From positions 10,130 to 74,129 of IMG/VR virus record IMGVR_UViG_3300032227_001336: 64,000 nucleotides of DNA, one strand, 5' to 3'. This DNA comes from a virus. Taxonomy: Duplodnaviria; Caudoviricetes. The notes beneath the pieces were generated by a model. That model saw nothing but the letters and a program-made list of their open reading frames with translations. It was not told where the DNA came from and ran no database searches. Positions within the stretch are counted from its first letter, which is position 1, and every line of letters starts with the position of its first letter. Positions 30,466 through 40,186 of this stretch are shown piece after piece. The position numbers and the translations under genes are program-made.

Positions 30466-31530
30466 TTAGACAAGAATTCCTGCAACTGCACGGCCGTCGA
30501 TACAAACGCGACCCTCTTCGAGGAAACCGTAGAAACCAGTTTTCTCGTTGCGAGTTACGAATTGATCGTCAGGAAGAACTGTGAATGTTCCACCACTTTC
30601 GGCTTGACGAGCAACAGGGCGGATGAATGATTCTTTTGTTAGATCAACTCCGACTAGAATTTGTTTGGCTGTATTGGCTACTCCGCCATTAGCTGTAACT
30701 AGAGAAGCAAATAGAGTGTTGTATTTTTGTCCAACACCTAGTTCAACTAGTTGATGTAATGTTACGCCAAAGATTTCACCAGCACCAGCATTACGGAAGA
30801 TTTCTTCACGAACAGTGTTTGGTGCTGTTTCTTTGTTAACAGTTCCACCAATTGGATTGAACGCTAGCTCTCTAACTTGTCCCATGATCTCAGGACTCAA
30901 GAATAAATCTGTTAGTCCGTAAGTATCAGTGGTTGTACCACCAGCATAAGAGGTATTAATTCTTTTTACTAGTGTCATTAGATTGCTCAAATCAACCAAT
31001 TGTAAAGTTCCAGCTGTAACAGCATCAACGATATGATCTGCACCATTGGAACGGGCTTCAGCAAGAGCTTTTAGAACTACTGCCCAAGCATTGCGCTCTT
31101 GTTTAACAAGAACTTCATTGCTCATGCGCTCTACAGCTTTACTAACTACATCAAGACGGCCACGGCGAGCATAGCGTTTTAGGAAACTTACAGCGCTATC
31201 TAAACGATAGGTTGAAATTTTCATTTCGCTAAATCCTTCTACTGTGGAAGAAGGAAGTCCACCTGCGACGGTTTGACTCCAGGTAGTTACATAATCTTGA
31301 CTTTGATTATAGTAAAGGTCTAGAGGGAGACTAGGATTATCATCTTCGTCATATGGTGCATCACTATAGATTGCACTGGCTGTTCCAGCTTGTAGCAAAA
31401 CTTTGCTAACGACTGGGCCAATGAAAGCTGCAAAAGCTTCAGTAGCTTCGCGAGCTACTGCAACATCTCTGCTGCCCATGGCTTTAACAAGTTCTACTTG
31501 TTCTGGTGTGTTTTTTAATTTGATCTTCAT
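30466..31530 (-). CDS. Major capsid protein (HK97 fold, putative)
   Basis: 354 aa after protease and decoration genes; strong AAGGAG SD; biased codons; C-terminal GFYGFLEEGRVCID pattern; followed by a terminator. Confidence 0.8.
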   Translation of the reverse strand: MKIKLKNTPEQVELVKAMGSRDVAVAREATEAFAAFIGPVVSKVLLQAGTASAIYSDAPYDEDDNPSLPLDLYYNQSQDYVTTWSQTVAGGLPSSTVEGFSEMKISTYRLDSAVSFLKRYARRGRLDVVSKAVERMSNEVLVKQERNAWAVVLKALAEARSNGADHIVDAVTAGTLQLVDLSNLMTLVKRINTSYAGGTTTDTYGLTDLFLSPEIMGQVRELAFNPIGGTVNKETAPNTVREEIFRNAGAGEIFGVTLHQLVELGVGQKYNTLFASLVTANGGVANTAKQILVGVDLTKESFIRPVARQAESGGTFTVLPDDQFVTRNEKTGFYGFLEEGRVCIDGRAVAGILV

Positions 31531-31551
31531 TTTAAATTTTCTCCTTTAAAA

Positions 31552-32133
31552 TTAGAAGTTAACGCGAATAATGGCTTGACCATTATAAGGTCTGCTTAGT
31601 AGAGTACCTACTCTGCCAGCGCCGTTATCGGTGGTAGAAAGTTCACCAGCAACTGTGCCTAGGTAAACTCCTGCTCCTGGATTTACAGGGGAGATTTGAG
31701 TTCCACTGTAACTGATAACTCCGCGAGTTAGAACTGGTACTGATTGTCCACTAACAACAACGTTCATCTCTGCAGCCTTACGAGGATTGAAAACGAGTTT
31801 TTCGCCGTTTTCATCAAGTTCGCGTACATCGAGTAGAGTGATACCAATAGCATTTTCGCCAGAAACGGCGGCTGATACTTTTGATGTTACTCCCCAACGA
31901 GTTGAAACTGTATTTGCGTATGTGGCTCCAAGACCATCAACTAGATCAACTGGATTTGTTCCATTGAGTCCAGAATTTGGTACTGCAACTGGCATAAAGC
32001 CGCTGCCTACGATTTTAACTACTGTTCCTCTACTGGCGATAAGACCATTTGCGTCTTGATCTCCACTATAGGAAAATAGGTTGATTACATCATGTTCGCT
32101 GTAATCTCTAAATGGTTTTAATGTATGTGCCAT
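31552..32133 (-). CDS. Capsid decoration/cement protein (putative)
   Basis: 193 aa, Gly/Val-rich, between scaffold and MCP; GQSVPVLTRG...G.VYL...GELST pattern. Confidence 0.65.
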   Translation of the reverse strand: MAHTLKPFRDYSEHDVINLFSYSGDQDANGLIASRGTVVKIVGSGFMPVAVPNSGLNGTNPVDLVDGLGATYANTVSTRWGVTSKVSAAVSGENAIGITLLDVRELDENGEKLVFNPRKAAEMNVVVSGQSVPVLTRGVISYSGTQISPVNPGAGVYLGTVAGELSTTDNGAGRVGTLLSRPYNGQAIIRVNF

Positions 32134-32149
32134 TTTATTATCTCCTTAT

Positions 32150-33661
32150 TTATTTAATATCAAAACCTTCTAAACCAAAAGCGTTACTAAATTTTTCTTT
32201 TAGTGTTAGCTCTGTGGCTGTTGAAGAATTTGGGATTGAAGTTTTCTCTACTTTACTTGTTTCGAGAGCTTCGTCTACAACTTCGGTTGCAGAAAGTGTT
32301 GAAGCTTGAGAAGCCATCATTTCTTTTTCTTTTTTAGATGCATCTTCTTTTGCTTTTTTGGCTGCTTTATTTTTCTCTTTCATGAGAACAGACATTTTAT
32401 TCTTATAAGCAGCAAATGTTTCTTCGGTTAAATCTTTGATATCATCAGCGATGATTTTGCGATCTTCGTCAGATAGATCAAACTCTTCATCTAGTGATGC
32501 CATGCGAATATTAAAAGATTCTTCTTTCTCTTTAGCAACTTTCTCTTCTTCGAGTTTTGCTAGAGAAGCCTTGAGTTTTTCAAGTTCTTCTTTTACTTTT
32601 TCGCTTTCAACTGAAAGTGATTCGTATTTTTCTTGAGCGGCTTTAATAGCGTTATCTTTTTCACTCTTTTCGGCTACAAAAGCTTCAGAAGCTTTTTTGA
32701 GCTCATCTTGAATGAAATCGGTTATGCTAGAAGCAGTTGCTTGCTTCAAAAGCTCGTCTGTTATTTGGTTAATATTTTCTATTTTCATAATTATTCTATT
32801 TATAACTCCTTCTTCTTTTACATTATTTTCTTCGTTTTGTGAAATGTTATTTTCACTAGTTTGAATTGCTGACTCAGATTCTTCATCATTTTGAGATAAT
32901 TCTATTTCTATAGAATCATCTTTTACAGCTACTCCTTCAACATCTGCGGCTGGATTATATGTTAAACCTACGCCTAATGGAATAACATTTCCTATTACTT
33001 GGCGATAGACATTAACGCTATTGTTAATTTTACCATTTCCACCTAAAGATTTTAAATTTTTACTTAATTTTTGCACTTCTTTATCATCTGTTATAATTTC
33101 TGCATCTTCTAAAGATTTAGAGTCATTTTTAAGAAGAGCAAGATTGTAATCATTAAATCCTAATTCCCAACTTGCACTTACTTTCATGTAATTTTCACTA
33201 GAAGGATCATTACTTTCTTCTATTAAATTTGATAATTTAGGATTAATAACCTTCCAGATTACTCCACCTAAAGTAATATAAAATGGTCCATTTAAATCTT
33301 TTACTTCTGATTGACTAATAGGTTCGTTTGTTCCAAATTTACTAAAACTAGCTGTTAATATGCATCCTATTACTTTGGTACGATCATGTTCAATATTAAT
33401 TGGTTTATTAATGAAATTTTGTGCAATTTCTGATGCAGTAGCAGAGTCTATAACGTCGCCGTTTTTATTTATTCTATTTACAACACATGCATCAAATGCT
33501 ATTGGAAGAAGGTCTATATTCTTATCTGTATCAATATCTGGTACAAATTTTTTAAGATTAGATAAAGAAGCTAAAGCTAGATATTTATCTTTTTCTTCAC
33601 TAACTAATGGTTTAATTTGCAAATTAGCAAATATTGTTGAATTTTTAAATTTATTTTTCAT
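32150..33661 (-). CDS. Prohead protease with C-terminal scaffold domain
   Basis: KPINIEHDR..VIG (His) and VSASWELGF (Ser) motifs; long Glu/Lys coiled-coil C-terminus. Confidence 0.75.
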   Translation of the reverse strand: MKNKFKNSTIFANLQIKPLVSEEKDKYLALASLSNLKKFVPDIDTDKNIDLLPIAFDACVVNRINKNGDVIDSATASEIAQNFINKPINIEHDRTKVIGCILTASFSKFGTNEPISQSEVKDLNGPFYITLGGVIWKVINPKLSNLIEESNDPSSENYMKVSASWELGFNDYNLALLKNDSKSLEDAEIITDDKEVQKLSKNLKSLGGNGKINNSVNVYRQVIGNVIPLGVGLTYNPAADVEGVAVKDDSIEIELSQNDEESESAIQTSENNISQNEENNVKEEGVINRIIMKIENINQITDELLKQATASSITDFIQDELKKASEAFVAEKSEKDNAIKAAQEKYESLSVESEKVKEELEKLKASLAKLEEEKVAKEKEESFNIRMASLDEEFDLSDEDRKIIADDIKDLTEETFAAYKNKMSVLMKEKNKAAKKAKEDASKKEKEMMASQASTLSATEVVDEALETSKVEKTSIPNSSTATELTLKEKFSNAFGLEGFDIK

Positions 33662-33664
33662 ATA

Positions 33665-34171
33665 TTAAATGTCTAATCTATATGTTACACTATCTTCTTC
33701 ATCTTCTAGATAAAGATCATCTGCATTTTTAAAATCAAAATCATTGAGCCCAAAAGTTTTAATATCTTCTTGCGCTTTAACGATGTCTTGCTCTTTTGGG
33801 TTAAAGCTAGCAGATATAATGTAATTATTATTGATTGCTTTTGATAAATTGTTATTTGATCCAATAAAAGATGAAATATCATTTACCATTCTTAAAAACA
33901 TATTTACTCTTGCTAAAGCGAATTCATTAAAGTTTCCTTCAAAGGGTTCTGAATTTCTATAAACTTTTTTAAGTTGAGAAAAGGTAACTTTTTTTGAATT
34001 ATTAGAATTATGATCTTTGCATTTAGCTTTAAGAATTTCTAGTATTTTCTTAGAAAATTCTATAGCTTTATCGTTTTTAATTAATTCAGTATTATGATTT
34101 TTAGATCCTTTGAAATTTGGCTTGTAATTTTGTACTAATTCAAAGCCCAAATTATCTGAATTATAATTCAT
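33665..34171 (-). CDS. Hypothetical head-region protein
   Basis: 168 aa with LKKVY..., ALARVNMFLRM motif; acidic tail. Confidence 0.75.
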   Translation of the reverse strand: MNYNSDNLGFELVQNYKPNFKGSKNHNTELIKNDKAIEFSKKILEILKAKCKDHNSNNSKKVTFSQLKKVYRNSEPFEGNFNEFALARVNMFLRMVNDISSFIGSNNNLSKAINNNYIISASFNPKEQDIVKAQEDIKTFGLNDFDFKNADDLYLEDEEDSVTYRLDI

Positions 34172-34271
34172 AAATATATATACACTTATAACGTATTAAA
34201 ATTAATTAAATATATAATATTTTTGCTTGTCATGTTGAATTATATTATTATAATGAAATTAAAATATATAT

Positions 34272-34421
34272 CTATTTTTTATATAATTCTTTTGTTACAT
34301 CATCCGCAGAACCCATTGTTGGTGTTTCTGGATATTTAGTTGGTAATTCCCTACTATCAAAATCTGGTTCTGAACAACTAATTAATAAAAATAAAGGTAA
34401 TATTAATATTAATTTATTCAT
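34272..34421 (-). CDS. Small lipoprotein (not in ORF track)
   Basis: MNKLILILPLFLLISC-SEPDFDSRELPTKYPETPTMGSADDVTKELYKK; lipobox LISC; TAATG overlap with upstream stop; GTGTAA 9 nt upstream (34431-34436). Confidence 0.75.
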   Translation of the reverse strand: MNKLILILPLFLLISCSEPDFDSRELPTKYPETPTMGSADDVTKELYKK

Positions 34422-35734
34422 TAATATGGATTACACTGAGTAACTGCGGTTGGATTTGATTCAATGTATACTCCTTGAGTATAGTTTTTAGGAATTCTGA
34501 ATCTTGTTCCGACTGCTGTAAATGAATAAATAGTAGAACTAAAAAGTTGAGTAGTTTTTAATTGTAAAGTCCATAATCCATTACAATACATTAGAGTTGA
34601 TTCATATGGATCATATGATCTTCCATAATATGTATTTATGTAATTATCTACAGATCCTAAAACTGGAAAATTCGTAGATTGATCTATTTCTGTTATTATA
34701 AATGTTCTTTTACATTCCTCTCCAGAATTAACATCACTAGCTGTTGAAGCGTCTGTATTAGCTGTTGTTATTCCAAAAATATCAAATCCCACAGTTTGCG
34801 ATCTAACAAGACCTGGATAAGAGTCTGATAGAGGAGTTACGTTTATTTTTGCTGAATTAGTATTTGTTTTTTTAATTATGCAATTTTTTTTATTAAGATT
34901 TAAATCAAAAACAGTAAGTTGATATCCGCCACCAAGAGTATTCATTACTGTATTAATTTGATCTATATAAGGAGCAATAAAAGTAGGTCCACCAGTAGAA
35001 GTATATCTATATCCTATTATTATAAGTTTATTTTCATAAACAAAACATATTGGATTAGCAGAACTTCCGCTTCCAGATGCTTCAAAAAAACTTGCTCTTT
35101 GAGCATTAGAAGATTGGCTAAAAACTAGCCAAGAATTATTTGGATTAATATAACCGTCTTCAATGATTGCTTTTTTAGATGGAATACTAGTAAATGTTGG
35201 GAATTTATTTTCAACTGTAGCTTGAGTACATAAAAGTTGACTTCCTATTTTGCAAAAACTTACATTCGATGGTAAATCTGAATCTAATAATCCAATTCGA
35301 ATATCCGAACTGCCTACTTGTAAAGAATTCGATAGGGTTCTTATATAACAAGTATTATCCATGGCAACAAAAATTAATTTTTTACCAACTTTTATTTGAA
35401 AATGATTTGCTAATAAAATGTGCCTTGGGCTAATTAGAGTACCTACTCCACCATATCCGCCAGCGTCTAGAGGCGCTGGATATCCTCCTCCATTATTCCA
35501 AACTGAAATAGGAGAAGTATCAATATTTTTCGCCCAGCATGTTGTGCTTCTTATGAAAACTGGATTTACTGGATCAGTAGAACTATCTCCATTACAGCAA
35601 GTTCCATTTGGTTGCATTGTACTAAAAATAAGTTTTGTTGAATCATTTGCAGTTAAACCATTTATCGCAGAATCAATATCTGTTGATAAAAGATTTTTGT
35701 ACCAATTTGGTGTTCTGCTTATTTTAAATGCCAT
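34421..35734 (-). CDS. Trypsin-like serine protease domain protein
   Basis: GTLISPRHILLANHF (His), SDIRIGLLD (Asp), degenerate GSSANP (Ser) motifs. Confidence 0.65.
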   Translation of the reverse strand: MAFKISRTPNWYKNLLSTDIDSAINGLTANDSTKLIFSTMQPNGTCCNGDSSTDPVNPVFIRSTTCWAKNIDTSPISVWNNGGGYPAPLDAGGYGGVGTLISPRHILLANHFQIKVGKKLIFVAMDNTCYIRTLSNSLQVGSSDIRIGLLDSDLPSNVSFCKIGSQLLCTQATVENKFPTFTSIPSKKAIIEDGYINPNNSWLVFSQSSNAQRASFFEASGSGSSANPICFVYENKLIIIGYRYTSTGGPTFIAPYIDQINTVMNTLGGGYQLTVFDLNLNKKNCIIKKTNTNSAKINVTPLSDSYPGLVRSQTVGFDIFGITTANTDASTASDVNSGEECKRTFIITEIDQSTNFPVLGSVDNYINTYYGRSYDPYESTLMYCNGLWTLQLKTTQLFSSTIYSFTAVGTRFRIPKNYTQGVYIESNPTAVTQCNPY

Positions 35735-35742
35735 GAAATATA

Positions 35743-36369
35743 TTACACTTTTAAAGATTCTTCAATTAATTTAGCTTCTGCGTCTCGTCTGCGACTCATG
35801 CCTTTTTCGATGCTTCCACCAATCCAGATTCTTTTCATATTTCTTATTTGATTAGCTATAAAAGTTAAAGCTTTTTGATCATAAGAGGATACTAATTTCA
35901 TACCATCTCTTATTAATTTCATTTCGCGGCGACGATCACCTTCTAATGCATTTCCTCTATTAAATACAAGACTAACTAATCCGCCTTTTGCATCTTCTGG
36001 AAGATTATCAAAATTAGGAAAAGTTTTTTGTGTCAAGTTGTAAAATTTAGTTACTGTTTTATTATTAAATACTTTTAGTGCAAGATCCCAAGGAATAGTT
36101 ATATCTTTTAACCCTCTAATAAGATTCTTAGCATTGTATCCTTTGATACCAACTACTTTATATAATCTATCAAAAATTTCTTTGGGAAGATCTTTCCAGT
36201 CTTCAGTGAATTCTGTTTTATTTACATAACCTAAATCATAACCAACACCAATTGTAACTCCACTTTGCTCTCCTGGCCATGCTGGATTTTTTAAAAATTT
36301 ATTATAGTAGTTTTCACCACCACCAACTTCAAATTCGAGAATAAGATCTAAGGATTTTTTATTTAACAT
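35743..36369 (-). CDS. Endolysin, lysozyme-like muramidase (pesticin-C/GH24-like)
   Basis: LILEFEV (catalytic Glu), SGVTIGVGYDLG, SLVFNRG, RRRDAEA. Confidence 0.85.
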   Translation of the reverse strand: MLNKKSLDLILEFEVGGGENYYNKFLKNPAWPGEQSGVTIGVGYDLGYVNKTEFTEDWKDLPKEIFDRLYKVVGIKGYNAKNLIRGLKDITIPWDLALKVFNNKTVTKFYNLTQKTFPNFDNLPEDAKGGLVSLVFNRGNALEGDRRREMKLIRDGMKLVSSYDQKALTFIANQIRNMKRIWIGGSIEKGMSRRRDAEAKLIEESLKV

Positions 36370-36372
36370 AAT

Positions 36373-37818
36373 TTAATTTTGTGCATCAGGGAAATTTACA
36401 AATGATGGATTAAAATTACTTGTATATACAGCTCTTTGAGTCCATCTCATATTTGAAATATAAATATCATATCCATTACCAAAATCATGTCCAGCTCCCC
36501 ATTCCCAATAAGCATATTCATATACAGGATTACCACGATTATCAGTCGTATAAGGTGTTTCTGCGCTATTTATTCCATTTATATAAGTAGTCGTTTTTCC
36601 TAAAGATTTATCTGAAACAATTGCAATATGATTCCAGGAATTTAAGTTAAATATAGATGGACTCGTTTGATATGGAACTCCTGGATTTTCCTCTGTATTA
36701 ACATAAACAAGAACACTTCTATCTCCTTGAAATAATATACTAAGTGGATCACCATAATCTGATCTTAAAAGAATAAATGCGCCTGGGAAACCAAACGCAT
36801 TGATATCTAAATCAATAGATGTTGCATAAAACCAACATTCTATTGTAGAACTTTTAGTTAAATCAAGCATTCCTATTTGACCAAATCCTGCTGTAGAATA
36901 TAATGCACCATAAGTATTTTCAAGTTGCGGACTTGGACTTAAATGTAAACAATTAGAATTTGGGCAACCTGCTGGTGCAGTTGTAATTTCTTGATATGGA
37001 CCTTGTATCCAAGTAGTATTTTGAGAGTTTACACTTGAATTGAAAGTATTATTAAAAATAACGCTTTTAACTGCAGATATTTTTCCGTCACCAAGATTTT
37101 GTTTTTTAATAGAAATTTTATTATTTGGAATAGGATTGTAAATTGCATATTTAGTATTTAAATAAGCTTCAACTTTCTGGCGTTCTGATATTGTTAATGC
37201 TCTATTATAAATAATTATTTCTGCAATTTGTCCATCTAAGTTCCAATAACTATTTAAATCTGCATCTGTTCCAATTATTAATGGGGCAGTTGGATTTAAA
37301 GATGAAGTATCATAATCGCCATTCGCAACTTGGGTACCATTTTTGTATATTATACTTGTGAGATTGTTTGATCTTATGGTTGAACCAATCATCCAATTAT
37401 TTCCATTATCTGCGCCGTCATTTGCTATTTCGAAAAGATTACTAATCCCAACTGAAAAAGAATTATTTGGATTTGCAGTTAAAGCAAAAACTAAACCTTC
37501 ATAATCGCTAGTAGAAAATATTATTCCATGATCTCCTCTAGATTTTACAACAAAAAATATTGAACTATTATTATTTAAATTTTGATTATCGCTTGTAAAA
37601 TATTGACTAGCATTAAAATCTATAACTGGTTTTCCATTTATTTGGTTTGTGATTAATTGTGGATTATTATATGCTGATGCATTTCTCCCATTCCCACTTT
37701 GATCTGCCCATGCTATTACATCTGAACCAGAAAGCGTAACGCCAGCATCAGCCTTTAGCCAAAGAGCTAAACCTTGTAAATCTTTTGGTGAAAATTGTTT
37801 TACTAATAAACGACCCAT
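36373..37818 (-). CDS. Tandem LamG/concanavalin-A-like lectin domain protein
   Basis: LALWLKAD...WADQSGNG, GQIAEIIIYNRAL, TIECWFY, WNHIAIV. Confidence 0.8.
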   Translation of the reverse strand: MGRLLVKQFSPKDLQGLALWLKADAGVTLSGSDVIAWADQSGNGRNASAYNNPQLITNQINGKPVIDFNASQYFTSDNQNLNNNSSIFFVVKSRGDHGIIFSTSDYEGLVFALTANPNNSFSVGISNLFEIANDGADNGNNWMIGSTIRSNNLTSIIYKNGTQVANGDYDTSSLNPTAPLIIGTDADLNSYWNLDGQIAEIIIYNRALTISERQKVEAYLNTKYAIYNPIPNNKISIKKQNLGDGKISAVKSVIFNNTFNSSVNSQNTTWIQGPYQEITTAPAGCPNSNCLHLSPSPQLENTYGALYSTAGFGQIGMLDLTKSSTIECWFYATSIDLDINAFGFPGAFILLRSDYGDPLSILFQGDRSVLVYVNTEENPGVPYQTSPSIFNLNSWNHIAIVSDKSLGKTTTYINGINSAETPYTTDNRGNPVYEYAYWEWGAGHDFGNGYDIYISNMRWTQRAVYTSNFNPSFVNFPDAQN

Positions 37819-37823
37819 TTTGT

Positions 37824-38240
37824 TTAATTATTTATTTTATCTATTGTCTTGTCTATGATGTTATCTTGAGGAACTTTTTCTTTCAACCAAGAGTTTAAAA
37901 CTCCAAAATAAACAAGATGCTCGCTATCAATAAGATATAATTCATTATTGAAATTATCTTTATAAGGTTTAATGCCAGAATCTATTTTTAGTTCTATTGC
38001 TTTTTCTTTTTTAAATTTAATCTTATACATTTCAATAAGATTGTTATATCTATCTCTAGCCTGTTTTGTAATTAATGCATCATCTCCAATAAAAGAAATT
38101 AATCCGCCGTTATCTTTATCGTATTGTTTTGGAGTGGTCGCGTCATAAGATGATTTATCATCTTGTATTTTATTTGGTGTTACGGTCGCACAACCAATAA
38201 GAAGAAGATTAAGAACTAATACGCTTACGAATTTCTTCAA
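37824..38240 (-). CDS. Lipoprotein, putative o-spanin
   Basis: Signal peptide with LIGC lipobox; TTG start overlapping the 3' end of the upstream TM/coiled-coil gene (Rz/Rz1-like layout). Confidence 0.6.
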   Translation of the reverse strand: MKKFVSVLVLNLLLIGCATVTPNKIQDDKSSYDATTPKQYDKDNGGLISFIGDDALITKQARDRYNNLIEMYKIKFKKEKAIELKIDSGIKPYKDNFNNELYLIDSEHLVYFGVLNSWLKEKVPQDNIIDKTIDKINN

Positions 38241-38409
38241 GATTTTTCTCCTGTACTTCTTTTTCTATTTCGCTTTGATGGTTAACTTCTTTTTGCGCCT
38301 CTTGACGCTCTTTCATTTCTTTTGTATTCTTTGCTCCGAATACATTATTAATTGCTGAGAATATTCCAGATACTGCTGAGAGTAATGCTTGAAGTATTCC
38401 AGTTGGCAT
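38209..38409 (-). CDS. Putative i-spanin-like protein
   Basis: ATG 38409 (MPTGILQALLSAVSGIFSAI) hydrophobic N-terminus followed by a charged coiled coil. Confidence 0.5.
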   Translation of the reverse strand: MPTGILQALLSAVSGIFSAINNVFGAKNTKEMKERQEAQKEVNHQSEIEKEVQEKNLEEIRKRISS

Positions 38410-38411
38410 GA

Positions 38412-38861
38412 TTACTCTACGTAACTTGCTGTTGCATCTTTGCATCCAGATGCAATAGCGTTAAGCACCTTTATAGCTAAAGCTGTATTGCCGTCTAATC
38501 TTGCGAATTGTTGAGCATAAAGATCTTTGATCACAGTAACATAATTTGCCCAATGAGTTTTTTCTGCTGGAAGGTAATCGTTAAGAGCTTTTTGAAGTTG
38601 CTCTGGAGTTGGAGTATTTCCAACTGTTAATCCCTCAACAATTGCTGCAACATGATTAATCATCTTAGCTTTTTCAATTCTATCATTACCAGAAACTGCT
38701 TGATCAAGAACAACAGTACAAGCTAATACTACTGCTGGCTTAACATAAGGAAGAGTATTTTCAACACTTGTTGCAACATCAACTTTTCCAGTATTGGTTG
38801 TGGCACAAGCTCCAAGAAATACGCTCAAAAGAGCAACTGCGGCTAATTGTAATTTATTCAT
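38412..38861 (-). CDS. Lipoprotein of unknown function
   Basis: MNKLQLAAVALLSVFLGAC lipobox; helical mature domain. Confidence 0.75.
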   Translation of the reverse strand: MNKLQLAAVALLSVFLGACATTNTGKVDVATSVENTLPYVKPAVVLACTVVLDQAVSGNDRIEKAKMINHVAAIVEGLTVGNTPTPEQLQKALNDYLPAEKTHWANYVTVIKDLYAQQFARLDGNTALAIKVLNAIASGCKDATASYVE

Positions 38862-39142
38862 ATATTTTCTCCATTTGTTCTATCTTTTGCTTCACTTGTT
38901 TGAGCTACTGTTCCACCAGTAACCGCTGCATCTTTTACTGTTAATGCAAAAATAATACCAGAAACAACTGCAATTAATTTTGCTATTCCTGTTATATAAA
39001 CTTCTGCTTGATCTGGAAGAAATGCTACTAATGAAGGATCAGAGTGAATTGCTATTGCAGTACAAACTGCTACAACTGTGGCTATTCCAGATGAGCTAGA
39101 TCTCCAATTAGCGCCAAATATTTTAGATAGCATAGTTTTCAT
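38858..39142 (-). CDS. Putative holin
   Basis: 94 aa, two hydrophobic segments, NWRSS..G N-terminal motif, two nearby Met starts (M-K-T-M); in the lysis cluster. Confidence 0.6.
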   Translation of the reverse strand: MKTMLSKIFGANWRSSSSGIATVVAVCTAIAIHSDPSLVAFLPDQAEVYITGIAKLIAVVSGIIFALTVKDAAVTGGTVAQTSEAKDRTNGENI

Positions 39143-39189
39143 AATATATTACACTATATTATAATAATATATATTTTTAAAATCTAATA

Positions 39190-40167
39190 TTAATTATAGC
39201 AATATAATACGACGCTATCTCTTACAAGATTGGGATATGTTGTATATCCACTCGCATACAGAGCGGCTACAACTAAATCTCCAGATGTTACATTAATTGG
39301 ATTAGCGAAATTTGTTATATAAATAGATGGTGTAGTATCACTTGAACTATCTAAATTTGTCATAACTATTCCTGTTTGAGGCGGAACTGTTGAAGTATTA
39401 ATAATATATCCAGTTGAAGGAGTATTTGCTGGAGTACCTGTTGTGCCAACGAAATGGGTCCATGATACTTTTCTAATTTGACAAGTTTCAGCAATCGGAA
39501 CTCTTCTTCTTAAGCCTCCTGCTGATTGACTATACCCAAGATCATTTATTGCAAAATAGTTAAAACCAGTTCTATAACCATCCGCTGCATGATTTAATTC
39601 AATTGTAAAAGTATTATATGGTACATTATTAACTCTATATGTCCCACTTACCATATTCATTCCAGACGCATCTATTCTTGCTATTACTTTATTTTCAGTT
39701 GTTCCACCAGCATGAAATTCTATTATTTTTCCAGGTGTTCTTGTGCCGATATCTAAGTCTCCACCATCTATAAATAAATATCCATCAAAACCAGTTGCAT
39801 TATTGTATAGAGGATCATTGTATCCAGAGTTATTAATTCCAAGATTTATAAAATTAGTAGAATCTGTACCATTATTTGCTGTGATAACTAAATCTGCGCT
39901 AGCAAATGTTCCAGTTGAACGGTTTTGAATATTAAGCTGCATATAGCTATTTCCACTACCTACTACAGTTAATGGATTATTTAATAATGGTGCTGCAAAT
40001 GTAGATCCATTAGAAAAAACTCCAGTTACTCCGCTAAGATTTTGCATTGAAATGCTGGCAGCATTTAGTCTTCTTAAATTTCCATTTATAACACCTAACA
40101 ATGAATCGGAGGTATTTAAATCTATAAATCCTGTTGTTGAAAAGCTATTTACATTTTTCTGTGCCAT
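39190..40167 (-). CDS. Virion fibre-like protein
   Basis: QLNIQN...ASADLVITANNG....FINLGINNSGY segment typical of phage fibre shafts. Confidence 0.55.
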   Translation of the reverse strand: MAQKNVNSFSTTGFIDLNTSDSLLGVINGNLRRLNAASISMQNLSGVTGVFSNGSTFAAPLLNNPLTVVGSGNSYMQLNIQNRSTGTFASADLVITANNGTDSTNFINLGINNSGYNDPLYNNATGFDGYLFIDGGDLDIGTRTPGKIIEFHAGGTTENKVIARIDASGMNMVSGTYRVNNVPYNTFTIELNHAADGYRTGFNYFAINDLGYSQSAGGLRRRVPIAETCQIRKVSWTHFVGTTGTPANTPSTGYIINTSTVPPQTGIVMTNLDSSSDTTPSIYITNFANPINVTSGDLVVAALYASGYTTYPNLVRDSVVLYCYN

Positions 40168-40186
40168 ATATTATTTACACTTAATA

